Shown in pieces: positions 27,147-35,290 of a stretch of DNA of 49,841 nt (position 1 is its first letter; each line of letters opens with the position of its first letter). Made by a program: the position numbers and the translations under genes. The notes beneath the pieces were generated by a model that was not told the DNA's origin, ran no database searches, and saw only the letters and a program-made list of their open reading frames with translations. The DNA is taken from positions 1 through 49,841 of the forward strand of contig DAOVKU010000001.1 in NCBI GenBank assembly GCA_030631665.1, written 5' to 3'. Origin of the DNA: Candidatus Omnitrophota bacterium. Lineage in GTDB: Bacteria; Omnitrophota; Gorgyraeia; DAOVKU01.

Positions 27147-28445
27147 TCACAGTTCAATCTCACGCCATGGGGTCCAATCCAGAGAAACTTTACTGAGATA
27201 GGTCCGACTGCTCATTAGAATTTTTTCTGGATTTCCTAAAACTTCAAGTGGTACATGAAACACGAGGTGTTTTGCCTGCCGCTTAATTTTTATAATCTTA
27301 TTGGGCAATCTGCGATTTTGGTCATAAATTCTATGCTCAATTGCCCCGAACCGAATATGGAGTTTAGGCATTTTGGCAAAAGGACAAAGGTTGCTGTATC
27401 CAAAAGCATAAATAGAAGCGCCCACTGTTTTTCCCAATGGCCGAGATAATTCAATAGAAATCACAAGACAATTATTTTCAAGGCTGACATAATTTTTTTC
27501 AAAACCGACAAATAAGGCACGCTCCCCATTGGTTAACTGCCTGGGGACAGGAATGATGGATGTGTCACGATCCGGGAATAAAGGTACAGAAGCAATATTT
27601 TGTTCTAAATTGATAGCCGGAAAATGGCCAAATAATTCATTAGTGCGTATAAAGGAAAGTAAATATTTGGCACTGTATTCATACTGTGACTTATACATTT
27701 CAAGAGCATTCTGTTTACGTGTTATATCTTCGGAGCTTAAACTATAATCCTGCCACGAGATTACATTCTTAAACAGTGCCGGTGGCTCCAATGGTTCATC
27801 CGGATGCAATCCCTTAGGGAAAGGCCAGTGTTTGCAATGAACCGGATAAGGATAAAGCTGGGGATTCATTTCTTTTTCTAAATCCCAGAGTGCGATGCGC
27901 GTAAAAAGATAGAGTGCGCGATGGTCAGGATTATGGTCTCCCGCATGTGAAAGAAAAACTTTGGTGGGTTTAAATTGTTGCAGTATGCTTTTTAAATCCC
28001 GCAGTATCTCCTCTCCTTTATATGGCGCCCCCGGGCGAAGAGCGCTGGCATAAGGAACCGCATTTACCCTGGTAAGCATGCTCATAGCCGGCGACGTATC
28101 ATTCCAGTGAAGACACCAAATAGCCAAAGTCTTGAAATCAGGATAGCCCAAAAATACCAAATCCTCCGCTGAAACTCCTAATTCTTCAGTAGCCCTATAG
28201 GCCTCGTCGTGGCGAACCATCCCCATGCTTCTAGCCGCCGCAGGCTCCAGCACAGGATGCTTTCGATAAATCAAAAACGACCATTGGTTATTATCGCCGT
28301 AGCTAAAATAAACAATCCGCAAAGGAATTCTCATCGCAACGGCCTTTTGGATAATTCCGCCACAGCCTAAAACTTCATCATCTGGGTGAGGCGCCAAAAT
28401 TAAAATGCGGTCATTGGAATTAAGTAATACGCTGGTGCTCGTCAT
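27147..28445 (-). CDS. PIG-L/LmbE-family N-acetylglucosaminyl deacetylase with ~200-aa C-terminal beta-rich extension
   Basis: 432 aa. Has the N-terminal ILAPHPDDEVLGCGG motif and a later HxDH (GDHNPDHRA). I recognise no family for the C-terminal half. Confidence 0.75.
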   Translation of the reverse strand: MTSTSVLLNSNDRILILAPHPDDEVLGCGGIIQKAVAMRIPLRIVYFSYGDNNQWSFLIYRKHPVLEPAAARSMGMVRHDEAYRATEELGVSAEDLVFLGYPDFKTLAIWCLHWNDTSPAMSMLTRVNAVPYASALRPGAPYKGEEILRDLKSILQQFKPTKVFLSHAGDHNPDHRALYLFTRIALWDLEKEMNPQLYPYPVHCKHWPFPKGLHPDEPLEPPALFKNVISWQDYSLSSEDITRKQNALEMYKSQYEYSAKYLLSFIRTNELFGHFPAINLEQNIASVPLFPDRDTSIIPVPRQLTNGERALFVGFEKNYVSLENNCLVISIELSRPLGKTVGASIYAFGYSNLCPFAKMPKLHIRFGAIEHRIYDQNRRLPNKIIKIKRQAKHLVFHVPLEVLGNPEKILMSSRTYLSKVSLDWTPWREIEL

Positions 28446-29148
28446 AACTTCCTACCAAAAATATAACATGTAAAATCTCTGTATAAACGGAAGCGCAAAA
28501 AAGTACTTTTTATCTTAAACAACAACTTAAAACCTGCCTTCGTAAAAAATGTCTTTGCCTCTTCAGAAATTGTAACACAATGCACCCCGCACACCTTTTC
28601 TTCTTTTAAAAAATTCAAATATTTCTCTATCAATCGACTTCCAACGCTAAAACCTCTAAAATTTTTATCTATATTAATATGAAATATAGCTGGATATTCT
28701 CTGGATAAACTGGGAGTAAAAAATTCACCTTTCAAAAAACTGCATATGCCATGCAGCAAAAACATCCAGGTGTTTTTTTAAGAAAAACTCCTTTCCTAAT
28801 AGCTTTAATAAATAATAAGGGGGCGATTTTCAATTTAAAAACTCTATCCATCGCCCTTTCATTTTTTGCCCCCACAACATAACCAACTACTTTCTCAGAG
28901 CAAACAGCAACAAAACAAGAACCAAGTTCGTAATCGGTGAAATACAATGTAAGGGCATCGGCTAAAATCTCATCGTCATCAAAAAAATCAGTCCTGGGTT
29001 TTCCTAAAAAAGCCGTATCACAGCTTATTTTCCTTAACTCTTCTCTATCTCTGCTCTCAAATTTTCTTATAACAACATTGTTTTTGTCCACCGCTTTTCT
29101 TTTTATTAATTTCCCACTATCTCTTTTAACTTTAATACTTTCATCCAC
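28442..29148 (-). pseudogene. GNAT-family N-acetyltransferase split by a frameshift in an A7 run
   Basis: ORF 28732-29148 encodes the N-terminal half (IRKFESRDREEL..., VVGYVVG). ORF 28442-28765 encodes the acetyl-CoA-binding half (YPAIFHINIDKNFRGFSVGSRLIE). One extra A in the run at 28773-28779 would fuse them as ...FLKKNTWMFLLHG.... Confidence 0.65.
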
Positions 29149-29190
29149 GGGGATAGACCTTCCTAATTCCTTTAAAGGAAGGGTCTTATA
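29143..29190 (+). repeat. hairpin repeat family 1, copy D, filling the HD-GNAT intergenic gap
   Basis: Sequence is atccacggggatagaccttcctaattcctttaaaggaagggtcttata. It spans from the HD gene stop (29191) into the GNAT GTG start (29146-29148). Confidence 0.85.
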
Positions 29191-29775
29191 TTAGCGCTTA
29201 AATTCACTCAATTTTTCCCACCACTCGTTAAGATTTGTGGTCTTGGTCAGGTGCCATAATCTTTTAGCACTTTTCGTTTTAAGAAAACGCGGGGCTTTTT
29301 TCATAAACTTAAAGGCGTTTTTAAAACCGTGTTCATGATATTCCTTAGCCTGAATTAAACATTCTAAAATATCAGCGTCCCTGGCGATAAGGCTTTCTTT
29401 TGTATTTTGTTTTCTATTTTCAGCATGCATGCCGGCTAATTCATCTTTAATATTTTTGGGTAAAGAAGCTATCTGCTCGCTAAATGCCTTATCTTCTGCC
29501 TTTTTTAACTTGATATAGCGCTGTGACATTTTGTGTAAGTCATTTAAGCGGGCTTCGTGTATATCGTTAAAAAGAGTCATCAGTAACACTTTTAAGGGTG
29601 GGACTTTTTCCATACAAGCTATAACATAACCTATAACTGCGCACCTGAAACTGTGCTCTGCAACTGTCTCTGCGTCCTTTATGCCCAAAACCCACCATCC
29701 CGAACGCCTGACATATTTAAGAGTTCCTGCTTCGGCTATAAAATTTAATACCTTAATATCTTCCTTCCTGCTCAT
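29191..29775 (-). CDS. HD-domain phosphohydrolase (YfbR-like 5'-nucleotidase type)
   Basis: 194 aa. Has the AEHSF...ND(I)HE...D pattern of HD metal ligands. Its size and layout match 5'-deoxynucleotidase-like HD proteins. Confidence 0.65.
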   Translation of the reverse strand: MSRKEDIKVLNFIAEAGTLKYVRRSGWWVLGIKDAETVAEHSFRCAVIGYVIACMEKVPPLKVLLMTLFNDIHEARLNDLHKMSQRYIKLKKAEDKAFSEQIASLPKNIKDELAGMHAENRKQNTKESLIARDADILECLIQAKEYHEHGFKNAFKFMKKAPRFLKTKSAKRLWHLTKTTNLNEWWEKLSEFKR

Positions 29776-30506
29776 TTATTTCCTCTTTTATTTGTGAACT
29801 TCTGCTTGGCCATCTCATGGCAAAAAATAGCACAGGCCATGGCCACATTTAAAGAAAGTGATACGCCCTTCATGGGAAGGCTCACTTTTAAATCGAGGTG
29901 CCTCTCTATTCCACATCTAATACCTTTGTCTTCAGAACCAAGCACAAGACACATAGGAAAAGGCAAAGAAATACTGCTTATTTCTTTTCCGCCTCTAACC
30001 ACAGCTCCTACAATCCACCAATCAGCTTTCTTGGCCTTAAAAAGAGCGGTAGATATATTACTAACCATTGAAACGGGAACAAAATTTTCTCCGCCGGAGG
30101 CAACATGCATAACAGTGTCGTTGACTTCACAAGCATTATATTTTGGTATAACAATCGCAAAGCCTCCAAAACAAGCTGCAATTCTCATTATAGAACCTAA
30201 ATTATGAGGATCACTTATGCTGTCTAAAAATATAAGTGATAGTTTTTTTTCTGAGCCTTTATGTAATAACTCTTCGAAATCCGCATATATAAAATCATCC
30301 ACTTCAGCCACAATGCCCTGAAGCCGACTGGCGTGCTTAACTCTGCCAAGTTTCTTTTCGCTAACACGTTTTGTGGGAATTTTTTTAGATCCTACGAGCT
30401 TGAAGATGTCGGGGGCATTAAAATTTTCCCGCAGGAATATTTTTTTTATACTCCGGGGATTAACTCTCAGGCGCTCCAGAATGGAATTTTTACCATATAG
30501 ATACAT
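29772..30506 (-). CDS. rlmB: TrmH/SpoU-family RNA 2'-O-methyltransferase (RlmB-like)
   Basis: 244 aa. Has the N-terminal YGKNSILERL substrate-binding domain and SPOUT motifs (DPHNLGSIMR, LVLGSEDKGI, SLNVAMA). Confidence 0.75.
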   Translation of the reverse strand: MYLYGKNSILERLRVNPRSIKKIFLRENFNAPDIFKLVGSKKIPTKRVSEKKLGRVKHASRLQGIVAEVDDFIYADFEELLHKGSEKKLSLIFLDSISDPHNLGSIMRIAACFGGFAIVIPKYNACEVNDTVMHVASGGENFVPVSMVSNISTALFKAKKADWWIVGAVVRGGKEISSISLPFPMCLVLGSEDKGIRCGIERHLDLKVSLPMKGVSLSLNVAMACAIFCHEMAKQKFTNKRGNK

Positions 30507-30532
30507 TTTACTTGGGATACCTCCTGCTTACC

Positions 30533-31519
30533 TCAAAAGCCGTGGGGTGTTAACACAATTTTTAAGGATTCTTTTGCCTCGCAGACCATTTTAAAAGCCT
30601 CTTGAATTTTTTCTAACGGCAAAGTGTGCGTTATCATGCCCCCGGCATCTATCTTTCTGTTTTCAATCAACTCTAAAGATTCTTCTAAATCAGAAGGAGC
30701 TGCTCCGTAAGATGAAGTAATTGTTATTTCATTTCTCCAGAAATCCACTGTTGGAATTTCTATGTTTTTGTCTGGGATGGCGAAAAATAATATAATACCT
30801 TTTTTGTCTATGCACTTAAATGCCTGACCTACCGCTCCAAAAGCACCTGTGCACACTATTATTCTGTCTGCCTTAATATCAAGGCTTTGATTGGCATCTA
30901 TGGCCTGATCTGCGCCAAATTCTTTTGCCTTTTTTAATCTGTATTTATTTATATCAGTTGCCACAACCCTTGCTCCCTTTAATTTGGCTAGCTGAATATT
31001 CAACAGACCGGAGACGCCGCTACCCAAAACTAAAACAACCTGGCCTTTCTCTACATTAATTACTCTCTGACCCCTCACAACACACGCTAGTGGTTCAATC
31101 ATGGTGCCTTCTTCATAAGAGATATTCTGCGGCAATATATATGTGCCATTATCAACATTTATCCCGGGAACTCTGATAAACTCGCTATAGCCACCTGGGT
31201 CATAATTACCTTTATGTAGTGTTTCGCAGGCGGTATGATTACCTGCCAGACAATACTTGCATCTATTGCATGGGACATGATGACTTACAAAAACTCTCTG
31301 ACCAACTTTATATTTTTCTGATTTACTCTCAACTATCTCACCGGTTATTTCATGGCCCAAAATACGAGGGGCCTTCTTAATTCTGTACCATTCAATAACA
31401 TCCGTACCGCAGATGCCACTGGCTAATACCTTCACCAGTATTTCATTCGGACCAATTTTTGGCTTAGATATTTCTTTTAAACGTACATCCTTATTATTAT
31501 AATACACAGCTACACGCAT
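30533..31519 (-). CDS. zinc-dependent medium-chain alcohol/polyol dehydrogenase
   Basis: 328 aa. Has catalytic Zn ligands (CGTD, GHEITGE), a structural Zn cysteine cluster (CNRCKYCLAGNHTAC) and a Rossmann motif GSGVSG. Confidence 0.85.
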   Translation of the reverse strand: MRVAVYYNNKDVRLKEISKPKIGPNEILVKVLASGICGTDVIEWYRIKKAPRILGHEITGEIVESKSEKYKVGQRVFVSHHVPCNRCKYCLAGNHTACETLHKGNYDPGGYSEFIRVPGINVDNGTYILPQNISYEEGTMIEPLACVVRGQRVINVEKGQVVLVLGSGVSGLLNIQLAKLKGARVVATDINKYRLKKAKEFGADQAIDANQSLDIKADRIIVCTGAFGAVGQAFKCIDKKGIILFFAIPDKNIEIPTVDFWRNEITITSSYGAAPSDLEESLELIENRKIDAGGMITHTLPLEKIQEAFKMVCEAKESLKIVLTPHGF

Positions 31520-31614
31520 AATATTCTTACTCTTAGCAAAAACTTTTATAGTAATAATTTTGCCGCATTTATATAAAAATTAACAAAATATTTTTTTTAT
31601 TACTAAATCTTTAG

Positions 31615-32409
31615 CTACTTGTTATTTTTTGTTTCATTAAATAATTCATAAGCTTCTTTAGCAGTGGCATCTCTATGAACAATAGCATTCAAAGCCTTTG
31701 CCATAGCCACAGGATTGGGATTCTGCCAAACATTTCTCCCAAGATTTATACCAATAGCTCCTTTTTGCATACCATCATAGATAAAATCGAATACCTCGGC
31801 CTCTGTCTTGCACTTCGGACCACCTGCTATAACCACCGGAACCGGACAACCATTCACAACCTTTTCAAAGTTTTCACACCAATAAGTCTTCACTACCCGG
31901 GCGCCAAGCTCAGCACAAATACGACACGACATAGACAGGTAGCGGGCGTCGCGTTTTTTTAATTCTTTGCCCACGGCCGTAACGGCCATTACCGGGATGC
32001 CGTAATTTTCACACTCATTAACCATCTCCGCCAGGTTTAACAGCGTCTGACGCTCATAACTACTGCCTATAAAAACAGACACGCCCACCGCCGACGCATT
32101 AAGGCGGATAATATCTTCTATGGAAGTAGTGATTTCTTCATTGGACAGATCTTTGCCTGCTATACTGGTGCACCCCGATACCCTTAAGATAATAGGTTTG
32201 CTATCCAGGGGGCCTATAGCTGAACGCAATACTCCCCGGGTACAAAAAAGAGCGTCCACAAAGGGAAGAAGAGACTCAATGGTTTGGCCCGGTCTTTCTA
32301 AACAACGCGTAGGACCCAAAAAATATCCATGATCTATAGGCATAAAAAAACAATGCCCATCGTCAGGTCGAATAACCCGACTTAAGCGATTTTCCATTCC
32401 CCAATCCAT
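31615..32409 (-). CDS. class I aldolase of the DhnA/FbaB/LsrF (ADH-synthase-like) family
   Basis: 264 aa. Has the MPIDHGYFLGP motif and a TIM-barrel aldolase layout with a VKT Schiff-base lysine region. The exact reaction cannot be assigned. Confidence 0.7.
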   Translation of the reverse strand: MDWGMENRLSRVIRPDDGHCFFMPIDHGYFLGPTRCLERPGQTIESLLPFVDALFCTRGVLRSAIGPLDSKPIILRVSGCTSIAGKDLSNEEITTSIEDIIRLNASAVGVSVFIGSSYERQTLLNLAEMVNECENYGIPVMAVTAVGKELKKRDARYLSMSCRICAELGARVVKTYWCENFEKVVNGCPVPVVIAGGPKCKTEAEVFDFIYDGMQKGAIGINLGRNVWQNPNPVAMAKALNAIVHRDATAKEAYELFNETKNNK

Positions 32410-32581
32410 TTTTTACCTCCTTAAAATTAAGTTGAAATTTTTTCCCTGCATAAATCCTCAAACTGTCTCAAAAGATATAATTATGATAACATGTTAAAAA
32501 GACTAGTTCAAGAAAAAATATGATCAGAAAAGTAAGTTTCTATCCATTTCTAAAAAATGCAGCGGTTTTTATTTCACACAC

Positions 32582-32610
32582 TTGACAAGGGCATTATTTA
32601 TGGCATAATA
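32582..32610 (+). promoter_or_regulatory. sigma70-like promoter for mscS
   Basis: TTGACA at 32582-32587, a 16-17-nt spacer, then CATAAT/ATAATA at 32604-32610 with an upstream TGG (extended -10-like). It predicts a 5' UTR of about 175 nt that contains repeat copy E. Confidence 0.55.
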
Positions 32611-32704
32611 AAAAGCAGTAATTGAATTTATACTAAACTTCTAAAAAATTCCTAAAACTACACTAAAAACGCTTAAAGAAATCTTCAAATTAAGAGAGGT
32701 GCTT

Positions 32705-32785
32705 ATCCACGGGGATAGACCTAACTCGAAGAGTAGTCTTCGACTAAGGGCACAGGCAGACCTTTATAATTCCTTTGAAGGAGGG
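32705..32785 (+). repeat. hairpin repeat family 1, copy E (long form) in the mscS 5' UTR
   Basis: Sequence is atccacggggatagacct-[aactcgaagagtagtcttcgactaagggcacaggc]-agacctttataattcctttgaaggaggg. The 3' arm provides the mscS SD. The insert carries the tcgaagaNtagtcttcga hairpin also seen at 5879-5900. Confidence 0.8.
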
Positions 32786-32792
32786 ATTTAAT

Positions 32793-33626
32793 ATGATGCA
32801 ATTTTTAGACAAAGAAATTTTGGATAAACTGCATATGTACTTTGTTACCTATGGCATGAATTTCGTTGGGGCTATTATCATTTTTATTATAGGCCGCTGG
32901 CTTGCCAGTATTATTTCCAAGCTAGTTGAAAAAGTCATGCACAGAACCCGCGTAGATAAAACGCTGATATCCTTTGCTAAAAACATTATTTATGCTGCCC
33001 TTCTCATTCTTGTGCTTATAGCAACACTGAGCAAATTAGGCATACAGACTGCTTCCCTCATAGCCGTTATTGGTGCTGGCACCCTGGCTGTGGGCTTGGC
33101 GCTTCAGGGCTCACTGGCCAATTTTGCTGCCGGAGTAATATTAATTATCTTCAGGCCATTCCGAATCGGCGACCTTATTGAAGTCGAAGGCACCAAGGGA
33201 ATTGTAGAAGAACTTCAAATATTTAATACTATATTATATGCGGTGGACAAAAGGCGCCTCGTAATTCCCAATTCCAAAGTTACATCCGATAAGATTATAA
33301 ACCTAAGTTCTATCAATAAAGATAAAAGCTGGGTTGATATGGTTTTTGGTATTTCATATAATGATGATATTGAAAAGGCAAGGGAAATACTGCAAAAAGT
33401 CGCATTGAGCGACCCGCGTGTCTTAAAGGACCCGCCACCCTTTGTGGGCGTCCTGGAGTTGGCAGACAGCAGTGTTAATGTTGTGTGCAGGCCATGGGTA
33501 AAACCCAAAGATTATCAGGCTGTCCGTTTTGAGATATTAGAGAAGGGTAAAATAGAATTAGAAAAAAATGGCCTAACTATTGCCTACCCCCAGAGAGACG
33601 TCCATATATACGAAGAGAAAAAGTAA
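32793..33626 (+). CDS. mscS: small-conductance mechanosensitive channel
   Basis: Has three TM helices and the MscS signature (GSLANFAAGVILIIFRPFRIGDLIEVEG). The ORF track starts at the TTG at 32775. The ATG at 32793 lies 7 nt after GGAGGG, so I prefer it. Confidence 0.88.
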   Translation: MMQFLDKEILDKLHMYFVTYGMNFVGAIIIFIIGRWLASIISKLVEKVMHRTRVDKTLISFAKNIIYAALLILVLIATLSKLGIQTASLIAVIGAGTLAVGLALQGSLANFAAGVILIIFRPFRIGDLIEVEGTKGIVEELQIFNTILYAVDKRRLVIPNSKVTSDKIINLSSINKDKSWVDMVFGISYNDDIEKAREILQKVALSDPRVLKDPPPFVGVLELADSSVNVVCRPWVKPKDYQAVRFEILEKGKIELEKNGLTIAYPQRDVHIYEEKK

Positions 33627-33674
33627 CCGAAAACCGGCAGGCTCTTTGTATCTACATCTAAAATTGCTCTTCTT

Positions 33675-33763
33675 ATCCACAGGGATAGACCTTACTAATT
33701 CCCCTTAAGGAAGGGTCTAATCCACAGGGATAGACCTTACTAATTCCCCGAATGAAGGGTCTA
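33675..33763 (+). repeat. hairpin repeat family 1, copies F1 and F2 (head-to-tail dimer, 45-nt period)
   Basis: Sequence is atccacagggatagaccttactaattccccttaaggaagggtcta followed directly by atccacagggatagaccttactaattccccgaatgaagggtcta. It lies between convergent mscS and the SH3-like gene. The last cta is that gene's stop codon. Confidence 0.85.
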
Positions 33764-34465
33764 ATTTAGCAACGCTTCCAGTTGTTTAATTTCCCCCTCT
33801 GCTTTTTTCCACAAAAGCTGGCAATATTTTAACAAGGAAAGGACATCGTGATTAACAATATTATCGAAATATGTTGCTTGCGGGATTAAAGACTTATACT
33901 TATCTACATAGGTTTGCAGGTCGGGATAATTAGAAGTGTACAAGAGTTCAATGGTCCCATCGGTTATGCAAGGCTTGGCTTCCGGCTCGAGCTCTCTAAT
34001 ACACCAAACATTACCGGCTGTTATAAAACAAGTTGTAATACTCACTATCTTTTTCTGAATATCAGAAGTATCCATTAAGTTTGCCACAGTTAAATCGCTG
34101 CTTGTTTTTAAATTCGAAAGCATATTTTCATATTCTTCATAGCTAACTCCGGACTCAACTGTTGATATCAACGATTTTGCCAACTGGATAAAATCCGCCA
34201 ATTCCGCAGGTAACTCTTTTTGAGAAACAGCTATGTCCACAGCATTTTTACGCATCCAGCCGACTAGAGACACTTTAACCCAATCTCCCCGCTTTTCCAA
34301 AATCTCAAAACTTGTACCTTTATATGCCAGGGCAAGCACTTTCTCGCCAGCCACTGTATTCAGAATGGGCTTTTTTTTGTTCGCTATGCCAACATCAGCC
34401 AAAGCCTGATCAACAAATAGCGCTAAAAAAGCAATAGCCATAATTAAAATACTTATTCTCTTCAT
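33761..34465 (-). CDS. secreted SH3-like domain protein, unknown function
   Basis: 234 aa. Has a signal peptide (AFLALFVDQALA) and an SH3b-like stretch (GTSFEILEKRGDWVKVSLVGWM). It is the last gene of the Bat-type cluster. SD is AGAGGTGA. Confidence 0.55.
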   Translation of the reverse strand: MKRISILIMAIAFLALFVDQALADVGIANKKKPILNTVAGEKVLALAYKGTSFEILEKRGDWVKVSLVGWMRKNAVDIAVSQKELPAELADFIQLAKSLISTVESGVSYEEYENMLSNLKTSSDLTVANLMDTSDIQKKIVSITTCFITAGNVWCIRELEPEAKPCITDGTIELLYTSNYPDLQTYVDKYKSLIPQATYFDNIVNHDVLSLLKYCQLLWKKAEGEIKQLEALLN

Positions 34466-34480
34466 AACTCACCTCTCTTT

Positions 34481-35290
34481 TTATATCAGTTCCAAAGCAG
34501 ACTTTTTAATCCATCCTGCCTTTCCGTCATGGCGTTCTATTTTACACCATTCCTCCCTTGAAGAAAGCACACAAACCTTCATGCCTTCATAAAGAGTGAA
34601 GTGCGTGGTGGCTTTATCAAAAGGTTCAAATTTAGCATTTACCGCCTCCTTGACAACTATGGCTTCTTTGTCAAGAAGAGAAACCTTGCTATAAAATGAA
34701 AAAGTACCCAGAGCAAAACCTATTATTAAAACAGATAACAAAGTCAAAAAATATTTTTTGTTCATTTTAAAAATTACACCCACAACTATAATTATAACAG
34801 CCACAAAATACATACTAAATAAACAAACAGTTAAGTCATCAATGGCAAATTGCTCTGAAAATTTATAAATCAATCTCAGGGGCAATATTTTTCGAACTCT
34901 CCTCGAATTGCCTGTTATCAAAGATTTGGCATGTCTGTAGTTTGCCTTTAAGTCTCTATCTCTGGGAATTAATTTTTTAGCCCTTTCATAATTTAAAATT
35001 GCAAAACCTACTTCGCCCTTTTTAAAATAGCAATTTCCCAGATTATAATAGAGATTTCCGCTCTCAAGACCGCGCTCGAGCAATTTCGAATATTCCTTAA
35101 TAGCCTCATCATATTTAGATTCTTCATATAAATTGGCGGCATTATAAAAAATGTGTTTTGTGGTCTGTATTTTCTCCTCAGCAAAACAAAACCGGTTAAA
35201 TGCAAACATCAACATGCATGCCAAAAGCAAAAATATAAAATTATCTAAACCATAACGCAAAAGCTGCCTGCTAAAACTTTTCAATCTCAT
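34481..35290 (-). CDS. batE: BatE-like TPR plus C-terminal SH3 membrane protein
   Basis: Has TPR repeats (YNAANLYEESKYDEAIKEYSKLL, GNLYYNLGNCYFKKGE), TM helices and a C-terminal SH3b (EEWCKIERHDGKAGWIKK). The ATG at 35290 overlaps the batD stop as ATGA. The longer track ORF (to 35395) would overlap batD by 109 nt. Confidence 0.7.
   Translation of the reverse strand: MRLKSFSRQLLRYGLDNFIFLLLACMLMFAFNRFCFAEEKIQTTKHIFYNAANLYEESKYDEAIKEYSKLLERGLESGNLYYNLGNCYFKKGEVGFAILNYERAKKLIPRDRDLKANYRHAKSLITGNSRRVRKILPLRLIYKFSEQFAIDDLTVCLFSMYFVAVIIIVVGVIFKMNKKYFLTLLSVLIIGFALGTFSFYSKVSLLDKEAIVVKEAVNAKFEPFDKATTHFTLYEGMKVCVLSSREEWCKIERHDGKAGWIKKSALELI

Noticed and set aside
32775-32792. TTG start of mscS given in the ORF track
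   Set aside because: The ATG at 32793 lies 7 nt downstream of GGAGGG. The TTG would fall inside the hairpin repeat and has no SD.
33675-33763. Possible mini-CRISPR array (two direct repeats)
   Set aside because: The units are contiguous with no spacers and there are only two copies. The same sequence is dispersed singly elsewhere, and there are no cas genes. It is an interspersed hairpin repeat, not a CRISPR array.
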